DNA of 64,000 nt, taken from Gemmatimonadaceae bacterium (GTDB taxonomy: Bacteria > Gemmatimonadota > Gemmatimonadetes > Gemmatimonadales > Gemmatimonadaceae). Below are positions 52,254-62,430 of the stretch, piece by piece (position 1 is the first letter of the stretch; every line of letters starts with the position of its first letter). Location: the NCBI GenBank assembly GCA_045803545.1, contig JBJMOW010000005.1, positions 96,001-160,000 of the forward strand, read 5' to 3'. The notes beneath the pieces are model-generated. The model ran no database searches and was not told the DNA's origin. It saw nothing but the letters and a program-made list of their open reading frames with translations. The position numbers and the translations under genes are program-made.

Positions 52254-53971
52254 AAGAACACTGGCTCGCGGTAGGCGCCGAACACTTTCTCCATTGCGGC
52301 GCGAATTTCATAGAGGGTGCAGTACGCGCGGGCACAATCCAGAATGAACGGCATCAGGTTTTCACTCGTCGCCGCCGCCTTGGTCAGCGCATCGAGCTTC
52401 TGCTGGACTTTCTTATCGTCCCGCTTGGCACGCATCGCTGCCATCGCCTTCTTCTGATCGCGCTCGGTTTCCTCTGCGATCTTGAGCGTCTCGATTTTCA
52501 GCTCCGGCTCGTCAGTGACAAATTCGTTGACGCCGACGATAATGCGCCGATGCTGCTCGATCTCCCACTGTTGACGAGCCGCAGACTCGTTGATGCGCCG
52601 CTGCAGCCAGCCCGTCTCCAGACCACGCACCACTCCGCCAATCTCCTCGATCTGCGTGAATAGGGTTTCGGCTTCGCGTTCGAGCTCGGTTGTCAGAGTC
52701 TCCACGTAGTACGAGCCGCCCAGGGGGTCGATCACGTTTGGCACGCCGGACTCATAGGCGAGAATCTGCTGCGTCCGCAGAGCAAGCCGCACTGAGTCCT
52801 CGGTCGGCAGCGCCAGCGTCTCGTCCATTGAGTTGGTGTGCAGGGACTGCGTGCCGCCAAGTGCCGCCGCCATCGCCTGATAAGCGACACGCACCACGTT
52901 GTTCATGGGCTGTTGCGCAGTGAGCGTCACCCCGGCGGTTTGCGAATGGAATCGCATCATCAGCGAGCGCGGGTCCTTGGCACCGTAACGCTCCTTCATA
53001 TGGCGCGCCCAGATCCGGCGCGCCGCGCGCAGCTTGGCGATCTCCTCGAAGAAATCGTTGTGGATGTCCCAGAAGAAAGACAAACGGGGCGCGAACGTAT
53101 CGACGTTCAAGCCCCGTGCAATTCCCCGTTCCACGTAAGTGAATCCATCGGCGAGAGTAAACGCGAGCTCCTGCGCCGCCGTGGCGCCCGCCTCGCGAAT
53201 ATGGTAGCCGCTGATTGAAATCGTATTCCATTGCGGCACATGCTCGGCGGACCACTCGAAACAATCCACGATAAGTCGAAGTGCGGGCTCGATCGGATAA
53301 ACCCAGGCGTGCTGCGCCATGTATTCCTTCAGAATGTCATTCTGAATCGTGCCCCGCAGCTTTCGTGAATCGACGCCCTGCTTTTCCGCTGCCGCGATAT
53401 AAAAGCAGTAGAGAATGACGGCGGGCCCATTGATGGTCATCGACGTGGAGACCTGATCGAGCGGGATGCCGTCGAACAGCGTTTCCATGTCTGCGAGACT
53501 GGAGATCGCAACGCCGCACTTGCCGACTTCACCCTCCGACCGCGGATGATCCGAGTCGTAGCCCATCAAAGTCGGGAAATCGAACGCAACCGACAGACCG
53601 GTTTGCCCGTGCTCGAGGAGGAACTTGTAGCGCTCGTTCGTATCGTGCGCTGAGCCGAAGCCCGCGAACTGACGCATCGTCCACAGCTTGCCACGGTAGC
53701 CAGTCGCGTGAACGCCGCGCGTATACGGGTAGATCCCTGGCATTCCGAGGGCATCGGCGCTGGTCTCAGCCGCGTCGAGCGGTGTGTAGAGCGGCTGGAC
53801 TTCTCGTTCAGAATTGGTGAAGGCTATGTCGCGCAGCTCGCCGCTTTCGTACTTACGGCGCCATTCTGCCACTTCCTTTCGCAGCAGACGCAACTCGGCG
53901 CTCTGCTCCTCGATCGTGGAGTCGAGATCGCTTTCAGGTGGCTTCGAATTGGAGCGTTTGAGTTTCGTCAT
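52250..53971 (-). CDS. B12-dependent acyl-CoA mutase large subunit, isobutyryl-CoA mutase-like
   Basis: [42 protein letters not shown]. Confidence 0.9.
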   Translation of the reverse strand: MTKLKRSNSKPPESDLDSTIEEQSAELRLLRKEVAEWRRKYESGELRDIAFTNSEREVQPLYTPLDAAETSADALGMPGIYPYTRGVHATGYRGKLWTMRQFAGFGSAHDTNERYKFLLEHGQTGLSVAFDFPTLMGYDSDHPRSEGEVGKCGVAISSLADMETLFDGIPLDQVSTSMTINGPAVILYCFYIAAAEKQGVDSRKLRGTIQNDILKEYMAQHAWVYPIEPALRLIVDCFEWSAEHVPQWNTISISGYHIREAGATAAQELAFTLADGFTYVERGIARGLNVDTFAPRLSFFWDIHNDFFEEIAKLRAARRIWARHMKERYGAKDPRSLMMRFHSQTAGVTLTAQQPMNNVVRVAYQAMAAALGGTQSLHTNSMDETLALPTEDSVRLALRTQQILAYESGVPNVIDPLGGSYYVETLTTELEREAETLFTQIEEIGGVVRGLETGWLQRRINESAARQQWEIEQHRRIIVGVNEFVTDEPELKIETLKIAEETERDQKKAMAAMRAKRDDKKVQQKLDALTKAAATSENLMPFILDCARAYCTLYEIRAAMEKVFGAYREPVFF

Positions 53972-55039
53972 TCAGGTTTCTTCTCCACGTACGAGCTCCG
54001 CGCTCTGCCGCAACAGTTGATCGGCTACCGAAAAGGGCGTGCTGCGCCCCTCCTCCACCGATGGCAACTGCTGTTCGAGCCAGCTCATCGTCCCGGTGTC
54101 TTTCCAAAGCCGGCCGCGGATCTTCTGCTCCACAACGTCCATCACGCGTTCACGCATCCTTTCGCGTCTTCGCGCGTGCAGCTGTCCACTTTCCTCAAGA
54201 TAAGCAAAGTGACGATCCAACGCGGCGACCAGTTCGTCAACGCCTTCCTGCTTTGTAGCAACGGTTCGCAACACGGGCGGCGTCCAGACTTTCGGCGCCG
54301 GATCGGCAGCCGCCTCGCGCGCCATCCGCGCCGGATTGAATTTCTTGAGGTCGACACCGTGATGCGCCGGTACTTTGTCGAAGGAAACTCCTTTGCGGAG
54401 TCCGAGCATTAGCTCGACGTCATTTCGCAGGCGATCGGCGCCGGGCCGGTCCGACTTGTTGATGACGAAGATATCGGCTGCCTCCATGATGCCGGCTTTG
54501 AGAGTCTGGATCGCATCGCCGGATTCGGGTACCAGAATCAGAACCGTGGAGTCCGCGGTGCGCGCGACATCGAGCTCGGACTGACCGACTCCAACCGTCT
54601 CGATGACGATCCGATCAAATCCGAATGCATCGAAGACGTCAGCAACCTCGCGCGTGGCAGCCGCGAGACCGCCGAGCGAACCGCGGGTCGCCATCGATCG
54701 AATGAAGACGCCAGTGTCGAGGGCGACGTTTTCCATCCGCACGCGATCCCCGAGTAGCGCGCCACCGGTAAACGGCGAGGTCGGATCGACCGCAATTACG
54801 CCAACCTTCAGCCCCGCGTCGCGGTAACGTTTTACCAGAAGCGCCGTGATGCTGCTCTTGCCAGCGCCAGGAGGTCCGGTGAGGCCAATCCGTCTCGCCC
54901 GACCGACGCGAGGATGCAATTCGCCCAGAATATCCTCGAAGTCATCGCGGTGATTCTCGACGATGCTGACGACACGGGCCAATGCCGGAGTCTTCCCCGC
55001 ATTGAACTCTCCGAGCACCCGCTCAGACGACGCGCGCAA
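53972..55039 (-). CDS. meaB: MeaB/ArgK GTPase chaperone for acyl-CoA mutase
   Basis: TGPPGAGKS, VDPTSPFTGGALLGDR, ETVGVGQSE, NKSD. Confidence 0.93.
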   Translation of the reverse strand: MRASSERVLGEFNAGKTPALARVVSIVENHRDDFEDILGELHPRVGRARRIGLTGPPGAGKSSITALLVKRYRDAGLKVGVIAVDPTSPFTGGALLGDRVRMENVALDTGVFIRSMATRGSLGGLAAATREVADVFDAFGFDRIVIETVGVGQSELDVARTADSTVLILVPESGDAIQTLKAGIMEAADIFVINKSDRPGADRLRNDVELMLGLRKGVSFDKVPAHHGVDLKKFNPARMAREAAADPAPKVWTPPVLRTVATKQEGVDELVAALDRHFAYLEESGQLHARRRERMRERVMDVVEQKIRGRLWKDTGTMSWLEQQLPSVEEGRSTPFSVADQLLRQSAELVRGEET

Positions 55040-55445
55040 GAATCCTCTCCTGTCTTCGCCACATCGGTGATTTCATGCGATCCGCATTGTCGGGGTGGTC
55101 ATATCCGAGCACGTGGAGAGTGCCGTGCACGACCAGGCGCAGCAATTCGTCGGTCGCCGTGACCCCCTGACTTCGGGCGTTAGCCCGCGCGACTTCAGGG
55201 CAAATGTAAATATCTCCGATCACTGCGCTGCGGTTCCCGCCCCCCGCGAATCCGAACGAGATGACGTCGGTCGGGCCGCGATGCCTAAGGTACTTCTGAT
55301 TCATGCGCGCGATGGCCGTCGCGCCGACGAAGGCAACCGAGATCATCGCATCCCGAATTCCTTCCACTTTCAATGCGGCGAGGACTGCTGATTTCACACG
55401 TGCCTGGGAAACACCGATTCGTTGTACGCTCGACGAAACCGCCAC
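55023..55445 (-). CDS. ybeY: rRNA maturation endoribonuclease YbeY (may start at CTG 55493)
   Basis: PTDVISF, GDIYIC, HGTLHVLGYDH. Confidence 0.93.
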   Translation of the reverse strand: MAVSSSVQRIGVSQARVKSAVLAALKVEGIRDAMISVAFVGATAIARMNQKYLRHRGPTDVISFGFAGGGNRSAVIGDIYICPEVARANARSQGVTATDELLRLVVHGTLHVLGYDHPDNADRMKSPMWRRQERILARVV

Positions 55446-55489
55446 CGCAGGCTGGCGATTAGAAGCCCGACCGGCGCGGCGAGCTCGCT

Positions 55490-56452
55490 TCAGACTCCCG
55501 AATCTTCCGCGTACGCCTTGATGATCTCGCGCACCAGTCGATGGCGGACCACATCGGCGTCGCTAAGGTAATGAAATCCGATGCCTTCGATGCCGGGCAA
55601 AATGCGCTCGATTTGCACGAGGCCCGAGTCTTCTCGTTTCGGAAGATCGATCTGGGTTTTGTCGCCGGTGATGACAGCCTTCGAGTTAACGCCGAGGCGA
55701 GTCAGGAACATCTTCATTTGCGCGGTCGTCGCGTTTTGCGCTTCATCGAGAATCACGAAGGCGTCGGCGAGCGTACGACCGCGCATGTAAGCGAGCGGGG
55801 CAATCTCGATGGTGCGGGTCTCGAGCGATTTCTGCACTCGCTCGTGCGGCATCATGTCTTCGAGTGCGTCGTACAACGGCCGCAGATACGGATCGACCTT
55901 CGCCTGCATGTCGCCAGGCAGGAATCCGAGGCTCTCACCGGCTTCGACGGCGGGGCGCGCCAGAACGATGCGACGCACTCGCTTACGTGCTAAGGCGTCG
56001 ACCGCCGCTGCCACGGCCAGATATGTCTTGCCGGTTCCTGCCGGACCGATTCCGACGACGATATCATTGTCGGCCATCAGCTTCATGTACTCCGCCTGGC
56101 CGCTCGTCTTCGGCTGGATGATTTTGCGGACGCCGGGGAGAACGATTCGCGCTTCGTTGTCGCCGCCATTCCCGTTCCCCTCGCCGCGGCCGCCTTCGAT
56201 GGTCATCCGCAACACGTCATCGGCGGTGAGTGGCATTTGCTGTTTCGCGGTGTCGATCATCCGCTGTGCGATCGGAATGGTGCGCGCTACTGCCTCACTG
56301 TTTCCGCTTATCGCCAGGGTCTCGCCCCGCAGGGCGATCTTGGTGCCTGTCTGCCGCGCCAGCTCGACGAGATTCTCATCGTTTACTCCAGCGAGGGTCA
56401 GCATGTCCGCTCCCTCGGTGGACAGGCGCTGGATGGTGGTCTCTTCGCTCAC
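55490..56452 (-). CDS. phoH: PhoH family ATPase
   Basis: GPAGTGKTYLA, RPAVEAGESLGFLPG, DEAQN, RHRLV. Confidence 0.94.
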   Translation of the reverse strand: MSEETTIQRLSTEGADMLTLAGVNDENLVELARQTGTKIALRGETLAISGNSEAVARTIPIAQRMIDTAKQQMPLTADDVLRMTIEGGRGEGNGNGGDNEARIVLPGVRKIIQPKTSGQAEYMKLMADNDIVVGIGPAGTGKTYLAVAAAVDALARKRVRRIVLARPAVEAGESLGFLPGDMQAKVDPYLRPLYDALEDMMPHERVQKSLETRTIEIAPLAYMRGRTLADAFVILDEAQNATTAQMKMFLTRLGVNSKAVITGDKTQIDLPKREDSGLVQIERILPGIEGIGFHYLSDADVVRHRLVREIIKAYAEDSGV

Positions 56453-56453
56453 G

Positions 56454-58244
56454 TCAACTCGTTGTGTTTTGAATATGAAGTTCCCTTAGGTCTTCAGGTG
56501 GAATCGGGGTGGGCGCATCCTCGAACAGTGCACGCGCCGCAGTGGTCTTGGGGAATGCAATCACATCGCGCAATGACGATGCTCCAGCGAGCATCATTGC
56601 AATGCGATCGAAGCCTAGTGCGATGCCACCGTGTGGCGGCGCGCCCGCCTTCAGGGCATCGAGCAGGAATCCGAAGCGGTGCTGCGCCTGCTCCTCGTTG
56701 ATACCCAGCATACCGAGCATTCTCCGCTGCAGGGCGGGATCATTGATGCGGATGCTTCCGCCGCCGAGCTCGGTGCCGTTGAAGACGACGTCGTAAGCGA
56801 GCGCACGAACTTTTTCCGGCGCTGTGTCGAGCAGTCGCAGGTCTTCCGGATTCGGCGCTGTGAACGGGTGATGGACCGACGTCAACGCGCCGTTCCCTTC
56901 CCGCATGAAGAGTGGAAAATCAGTCACCCACAGGAATGATCTCTTCTCTTCGGACACCAGTGACAGCCTTTGGGCAACATCCTGTCGCACGCGGTCGAGC
57001 GCCGGGTTAGTCACCGCCTCAGGCCCTGCGACCAATAGCGCCAGGTCGCCCTCGCTGATCGCCAGGCGTTGTCCGCCTGTGGCGGTGACGAACTTTGCCG
57101 CCGGCCCTTCCAGACCGTTCGCGCCGCGCTTCAGCCGGATCAGACCACCTGCTCCAGCCGACTTTGCTATCGCTTCGATCTCGTCCAGCTGCTTGCGTGA
57201 AAGCGAGGCCCCGCCTGGAAAGCGAATACCGCGTACGCGCCCGCCGGCGCCGAGGACCGACTTGGTGATGCTGAACTCAGAGTCACGAAATGCGTCGCTG
57301 GCATCGAAGATCTCCAGCTCGTAGCGCATATCAGGTCGATCGGAGCCAAACCGCTCCATCGCATCGGCGTAACTCAGTCGCGGAAAATCCTTTGGAATTT
57401 CATATCCAGCCTCGGCCCAGAGGACGCCGAGCATGCCTTCGGTGAGCCGGATGATATCCTCGGGCTCGATGAACGACGCTTCGATGTCGATCTGAGTGAA
57501 CTCGGGCTGTCGATCGGCGCGCAGGTCCTCATCGCGGAAGCAACGCGCGATCTGGAAATAGCGGTCGAAGCCGGCAACCATCAGTAACTGCTTGTACAGC
57601 TGCGGCGACTGCGGCAGCGCGTAAAACTCCCCTGCGTGGACGCGGCTCGGCACGATGTAGTCGCGCGCGCCTTCCGGCGTCGGCTTGGTGAGAATCGGCG
57701 TTTCGATCTCCAGAAAACCGCGCTCGTCCAGATACCGACGCGTCGCCTGCTGCAGCCGGTGCCGCATGATGAGATTCCGCTGCAGCTCGCTCCGACGCAG
57801 ATCGAGATTGCGGTGTTTCAATCTCAGCTCTTCGGCAGGCAGCTTCTCTCCCTTGCCGCGCGCGACAGGAATCGCCGGAGTCTCAGCCGGTCCAACGATC
57901 GTAAAATTCTGAGCGCGAACCTCGACGTCGCCCGTCTCCATTTCCGCGTTGCGCATTTCAGTCGGACGCGCGGCGACTTCGCCGTCCACGATTACGACGG
58001 TCTCGAGTGGAAGCCTGCCCGCACGCTCGATCACTTCGGTCGGAGTCCACCGTGGATCGAAGGTGACCTGCACGAGTCCGGCTCGGTCGCGAAGGTCGAG
58101 GAAGACGATGCCGCCCAGGTTGCGGGTTCGATGAACCCACCCGCCCAACTTCACTTTCGCGCCGACGTGAGATGGCCTGAGCTCGCCGCTCAGGTGCGTT
58201 CGCTTTGCCGTGGCAAAGCTCGATTGAGGAGCTGTCTTCGTCAG
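56454..58244 (-). CDS. aspS: Aspartate--tRNA ligase; probable CTG start
   Basis: RTHLSGELR, FLDLRDR, TPEGARDY, RDEDLRADRQPEFTQ, PPHGG. Confidence 0.95.
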   Translation of the reverse strand: MTKTAPQSSFATAKRTHLSGELRPSHVGAKVKLGGWVHRTRNLGGIVFLDLRDRAGLVQVTFDPRWTPTEVIERAGRLPLETVVIVDGEVAARPTEMRNAEMETGDVEVRAQNFTIVGPAETPAIPVARGKGEKLPAEELRLKHRNLDLRRSELQRNLIMRHRLQQATRRYLDERGFLEIETPILTKPTPEGARDYIVPSRVHAGEFYALPQSPQLYKQLLMVAGFDRYFQIARCFRDEDLRADRQPEFTQIDIEASFIEPEDIIRLTEGMLGVLWAEAGYEIPKDFPRLSYADAMERFGSDRPDMRYELEIFDASDAFRDSEFSITKSVLGAGGRVRGIRFPGGASLSRKQLDEIEAIAKSAGAGGLIRLKRGANGLEGPAAKFVTATGGQRLAISEGDLALLVAGPEAVTNPALDRVRQDVAQRLSLVSEEKRSFLWVTDFPLFMREGNGALTSVHHPFTAPNPEDLRLLDTAPEKVRALAYDVVFNGTELGGGSIRINDPALQRRMLGMLGINEEQAQHRFGFLLDALKAGAPPHGGIALGFDRIAMMLAGASSLRDVIAFPKTTAARALFEDAPTPIPPEDLRELHIQNTTS

Positions 58245-58318
58245 CGCTGGAACCGTGGGTCGAATAAGGTGTTGAGAGGGGTTAAATTTAGTAACTGCAT
58301 AGACTTGGTGGAAGGAGC

Positions 58319-59431
58319 ATGAACGACAATCGCAACGATCGGGAGGCCGCGGACAACCGCGTCAATCTCCTCAACATGCTCCCATCCGAGGCGGAGGCCG
58401 TGTTGCGCGCGTTCGCCGTGGAGCACGGCGAGAAACCGTTCCGCGGATCGCAGATTGTTCGGCGGCTCTGGCAAAACCCGGTCGACTCCTTCGCGGATAT
58501 GACGGACCTGCCGCTCGCCTTCCGCACTCTGCTCGGTGAGCACTTTACGATGCCGCGCCTGACACTAGCAACTCGGCAGACTTCAGCGGACGGGACCGAG
58601 AAATTTCTCTTCCGTCTTCAGGACGGCGAGTTCATCGAGACTGTCGCCATACCCGAAGGCTCGCGCCTCACACTTTGCATCTCGTCGCAGGCAGGCTGTG
58701 CGCTCCAGTGCGCGTTCTGCGCGACGGGAGCAATGGGATTTACGCGCAATCTCCAGCTGTTCGAGATCGCCGGCCAGGTTCGCGAGACGAAGCTGCTCGC
58801 TCCTCCGAAGCAGGTGACGAACGTCGTGTTCATGGGGATGGGCGAACCACTCATGAACTGGAAGGCTGTCGATCCAACCCTGACGGTGTTGAACTCGCCA
58901 GCCGGCTTCGGCATTGGAGCGCGGCATATCACCGTTTCCACCGTCGGCGTGCTGCCTGGGATCGTCGCGCTGGGGAAGCGTCAGGAACAATTCCGCCTGG
59001 CGTTCTCCATTCACGCGCCGACCGACGAGCTGCGCCAATCGCTGATGCCGATCAATACAAAATATCCTCTGGATGCCGTCATCGACGCCGCGAGAGTCTT
59101 CGTGCGACGAGTGACCTTCGAGTACGTGATGCTTGGTGGAATCAACGACGCCGATGAGCAAGCGGCACAGCTTGCCGCGCTAGCGCGCGACTGCGGCGCT
59201 TTCATCAACCTCATCCCGTTGCACCCTGGCGGTGCGGGGGATTTCACGCCTACTACTCCGCAGCGCATTGCTGCGTTCGCGCGCAGGGTCAGAGAGCGCG
59301 GCGTAGAAGTGGCGATTCGCAAAAGCCGCGGAATGGACATCGCCGCGGCATGCGGACAGTTACGGGTGGAACGGCAGCGGCGGCGGCCGCCAGTCGGCCC
59401 CAATGATGACGGTAACGTCCAGGTAGCGTGA
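58319..59431 (+). CDS. rlmN: Dual-specificity rRNA/tRNA m2A methyltransferase
   Basis: CISSQAGCALQCAFC, MGMGEP, AACGQL. Confidence 0.95.
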   Translation: MNDNRNDREAADNRVNLLNMLPSEAEAVLRAFAVEHGEKPFRGSQIVRRLWQNPVDSFADMTDLPLAFRTLLGEHFTMPRLTLATRQTSADGTEKFLFRLQDGEFIETVAIPEGSRLTLCISSQAGCALQCAFCATGAMGFTRNLQLFEIAGQVRETKLLAPPKQVTNVVFMGMGEPLMNWKAVDPTLTVLNSPAGFGIGARHITVSTVGVLPGIVALGKRQEQFRLAFSIHAPTDELRQSLMPINTKYPLDAVIDAARVFVRRVTFEYVMLGGINDADEQAAQLAALARDCGAFINLIPLHPGGAGDFTPTTPQRIAAFARRVRERGVEVAIRKSRGMDIAAACGQLRVERQRRRPPVGPNDDGNVQVA

Positions 59432-59809
59432 GCTGTCCGGTCGCGAGACGACCGGCGCATTCATCGCTCTTCCCACCAGCCGCGCCCACTCAGGGTGCGA
59501 CGACCGATCGTAGACGACCGACTTTGCGCGTGGCTCGGTCTCGTTTCCCGAGCCGACGACATCGAATCCTCGATCGCGCAGGAGACTGGTCGCTTTGCGC
59601 GCCAGGCCACGGGTCTTCGTCGCGTTGAGCACTTCGACCTTGATTCGTACGCCGTCGGGCGCGCGGGCATCGTCGGGAACAGCGGGTTCGGATGGGTTCG
59701 AGAATGAGCGCAGCGCGAACCACACTATGGCGCCGAGGACTGCGAGAATCAGCAGAACAACGATGAAGCGGCCGTAGCGGCGACGACGGGGCCTCGTCGG
59801 CCCGGTCAC
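59360..59809 (-). CDS. Membrane-anchored LytR C-terminal domain protein
   Basis: One TM helix, VEVLNAT...GLA, GFDVV..GN, DVTVIIGADW. Confidence 0.85.
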   Translation of the reverse strand: MTGPTRPRRRRYGRFIVVLLILAVLGAIVWFALRSFSNPSEPAVPDDARAPDGVRIKVEVLNATKTRGLARKATSLLRDRGFDVVGSGNETEPRAKSVVYDRSSHPEWARLVGRAMNAPVVSRPDSSRYLDVTVIIGADWRPPPLPFHP

Positions 59810-60351
59810 CGCAGGCTATTCCAGAGCTCGACGGTTTCGGGGAAGATGTGATTTCCTTCACGCACCGACCACTCGAGTCGGAAACGCACCACCTGGCGAA
59901 AGACTCCGTCGAAATTGTGCGGCACCTGGCTCGCCAGGAACCCACGATCCTCAGCGAGGAATTTTCTGCCCGGCTCCAGATAGTCCGCCATATAGAGCGC
60001 GCGACCCGTACGGTCCCAGTTTGCGTGACCGACGGTGTGATAACGGATCGCCTCGAGCAGATTCTTTCTTTGCTCGCCTTCGCCTTCGAGTTTGATCGCG
60101 ACCGCGGGTCCATGCAGCAGGCCATCGGGCGAGCTCCGGTCGCCGGTGATTTCGCGCAGCTCCTGCACCGGCGCATCGCGAAGCGCGTCGTGCCACGTGC
60201 CCGCATCGATCCACGCATTGGCTTCGTCGGCGGGGACGCGCATCGCCGCGCCCCACGCTCGCAATAGCGACGTCACGCGCTGAATGTGCGCGAATCGGCG
60301 CTCGCTTACTTGTGCCCACGACGGAAGCCCGGAGGCCTGTAGTTGCAGCAT
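59806..60351 (-). CDS. YqeK-like HD-domain phosphohydrolase
   Basis: RFAHIQRV, WHD, LLHG, AIRYHTVG, LYMADYLEPGR. Confidence 0.8.
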   Translation of the reverse strand: MLQLQASGLPSWAQVSERRFAHIQRVTSLLRAWGAAMRVPADEANAWIDAGTWHDALRDAPVQELREITGDRSSPDGLLHGPAVAIKLEGEGEQRKNLLEAIRYHTVGHANWDRTGRALYMADYLEPGRKFLAEDRGFLASQVPHNFDGVFRQVVRFRLEWSVREGNHIFPETVELWNSLR

Positions 60352-61193
60352 CAGAAGATGATGTTGTCGATCAGTCTCGTTTCGCCAACCCGAACCGCGC
60401 CAACGGCGGCGTCGCCATGTCGCACGGTATTCACCCGCTGGAAGGTGTCGGCATTTACGACCGCCAGGTAGCGGGGCGTGAGACCCGGCACTCGCTCGAG
60501 CATTCGCCAGCCAATCGCTTCCAATGCGCTTGCCCGGCGCTCACCACGTTGGAATGCATCACGCAGACCGAACAACGCCTGCGAGAGCTTGAGCCCAAGC
60601 TCGCGATCTTTCGGCGACAGGTATCGGTTCCGGCTCGACATCGCCATGCCGTCCGGATCTCTAACGATCGGCGCGACGAGAATTCCGAGCGGGAAGTTGA
60701 GATCGCGGATCATCGACTTTACGGTCGCAACCTGCTGCAAATCCTTCTGGCCGAATACCGCGACGTCCGGCATCACGATGTGAAAAAGCTTGGCGACAAC
60801 CGTCAGCACTCCCTCGAAGTGGTGCGGGCGCTGCGCACCTTCCCACTCTTTGCCGACCGAGCCCGAGTGCACCTGCACAACCGGCGCGTACGACGGATAC
60901 ATGTCCTCCTTCGTCGGCGTGAACAGGAAATCGACACCGCGCTGCTGCGCCAACGCAGAATCGTGGTCGAGAGTGCGCGGATAGCGGGCAAAATCTTCGT
61001 TGGGCCCGAACTGTAAAGGGTTGACGAAGATGCTCATCACCACGACATCGCCAACACGCCTCGCCTCATCGACCAGCTTGAGGTGCCCTTCGTGGAGTGC
61101 CCCCATCGTTGGCACCAGCGAGATGCTTTTGCCCTGAGCCCGCGCGTTAGCGACGACACTTCTCATCTCGGCGATCGTTTCGACCAGCTGCAT
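60351..61193 (-). CDS. panC: Pantoate--beta-alanine ligase
   Basis: PTMGALHEGH, FVNPLQF, FGQKD, MSSRN, RLIDN. Confidence 0.97.
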   Translation of the reverse strand: MQLVETIAEMRSVVANARAQGKSISLVPTMGALHEGHLKLVDEARRVGDVVVMSIFVNPLQFGPNEDFARYPRTLDHDSALAQQRGVDFLFTPTKEDMYPSYAPVVQVHSGSVGKEWEGAQRPHHFEGVLTVVAKLFHIVMPDVAVFGQKDLQQVATVKSMIRDLNFPLGILVAPIVRDPDGMAMSSRNRYLSPKDRELGLKLSQALFGLRDAFQRGERRASALEAIGWRMLERVPGLTPRYLAVVNADTFQRVNTVRHGDAAVGAVRVGETRLIDNIIF

Positions 61194-61205
61194 TGAAAGA
61201 CAGCC

Positions 61206-62021
61206 TTAGAAGCTGTGAGCCGCGTCGGGGTAAGCGCCGCTTCGGACGTCGCTCGCCCACGCGCCGACGGCTGCGCGAACATCCTGAGCCATCTCGGCGT
61301 AGCGCTTCAGGAATTTCGGATTGAATTCGTCGTTGAGTCCCAGCACATCGGGAAGGACGAGTACCTGGCCGTCACAGTCAGCACCCGCGCCGATTCCAAT
61401 CGTCGGAATACCGACTGCCTGGGTTATGCGGGCGGAAACGGTCGCCGGCACGAGCTCCAGCACAACCGCGAAAGCGCCCGCCTGTTCCAGCCCTTTGGCT
61501 TCGGTGATCAGGCGCTCAGCGTCCTCTGCTTCGCGTCCCTGCACTCTCGCGCCGCCGATGGTGTTCACTGATTGAGGGGTGAAGCCAATGTGGGCCATCA
61601 CCGGAATGCCAGTGCGGACCAATGCATGAACAGTGTCGAGCATTTCCGGGCTCCCGCCCTCGACCTTCACCGCTGCCACGCCCGTCTCCTGAATTGCGCG
61701 CCCGCAATTCAGGACCGCGCTCTCGATGCTCGCCTGATATGAGAGAAATGGCATGTCGATGATCACGAGCGCGCGCTTCACACCGCGCTTCACCGCCGCG
61801 GCGTGATAAATCATGTGATCGAGCGTGACCGGCAGCGTCGACGAGTAACCCATAATCGCGGTGCCAAGCGAGTCGCCGACGAGAATGGCATCTACGCCGG
61901 ACTCGTCGACCAGTCGGCCGAACAGCGCGTCGTAGGCCGTCATCAACACGATTTTTTCGCCCTTTCGCTTTCGCTCCGCAATGTCGCGAACAGTGACCGG
62001 ACGCTCTTTGGCTTTATCCAA
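61206..62021 (-). CDS. panB: 3-methyl-2-oxobutanoate hydroxymethyltransferase
   Basis: TAYD, LVGDS, DMPF, KVEGG, GIGAG..CDGQVLV. Confidence 0.97.
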   Translation of the reverse strand: MDKAKERPVTVRDIAERKRKGEKIVLMTAYDALFGRLVDESGVDAILVGDSLGTAIMGYSSTLPVTLDHMIYHAAAVKRGVKRALVIIDMPFLSYQASIESAVLNCGRAIQETGVAAVKVEGGSPEMLDTVHALVRTGIPVMAHIGFTPQSVNTIGGARVQGREAEDAERLITEAKGLEQAGAFAVVLELVPATVSARITQAVGIPTIGIGAGADCDGQVLVLPDVLGLNDEFNPKFLKRYAEMAQDVRAAVGAWASDVRSGAYPDAAHSF

Positions 62022-62430
62022 CCCGTGCGCTCCTCAGTTCAATGAGCTCGCGAAGCCAGAACGGCCTGTTCGAAAGCTCACGATGCGGGACAGCGAGATC
62101 GGAATCACTGACGCTTTGTTTTTCGAACAGAACGATGTCCAGATCGAGAGTACGCGGACCCCACCGGCGGTCTCTGACGCGGCCGGCCTCCTGCTCGATT
62201 CGCATCAACTCTCCCAGCAATTCGTGGGGGGAGAGCTCGGTCTCGATCGCGATCATCTGATTCAGAAAGGGTCCCTGCTGCACGGGTCCGATTGGCGCAG
62301 TCTCCTCAACCCCGGTCTCGCCAACGAGGCGGGTCTTCGGCAATTCGGAGATCGAGCGACGGGCTTGCGCCAAAAATACCTCGCGCTCGCCGAGGTTGGA
62401 GCCCAGAGCTACGTAAGCGACATCCTTCAC
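62014..62430 (-). CDS. folK: 2-amino-4-hydroxy-6-hydroxymethyldihydropteridine diphosphokinase
   Basis: YVALGSNLG, FLN, WGPRTLDLDI, VPH; GTG 62430. Confidence 0.94.
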   Translation of the reverse strand: MKDVAYVALGSNLGEREVFLAQARRSISELPKTRLVGETGVEETAPIGPVQQGPFLNQMIAIETELSPHELLGELMRIEQEAGRVRDRRWGPRTLDLDIVLFEKQSVSDSDLAVPHRELSNRPFWLRELIELRSARVG

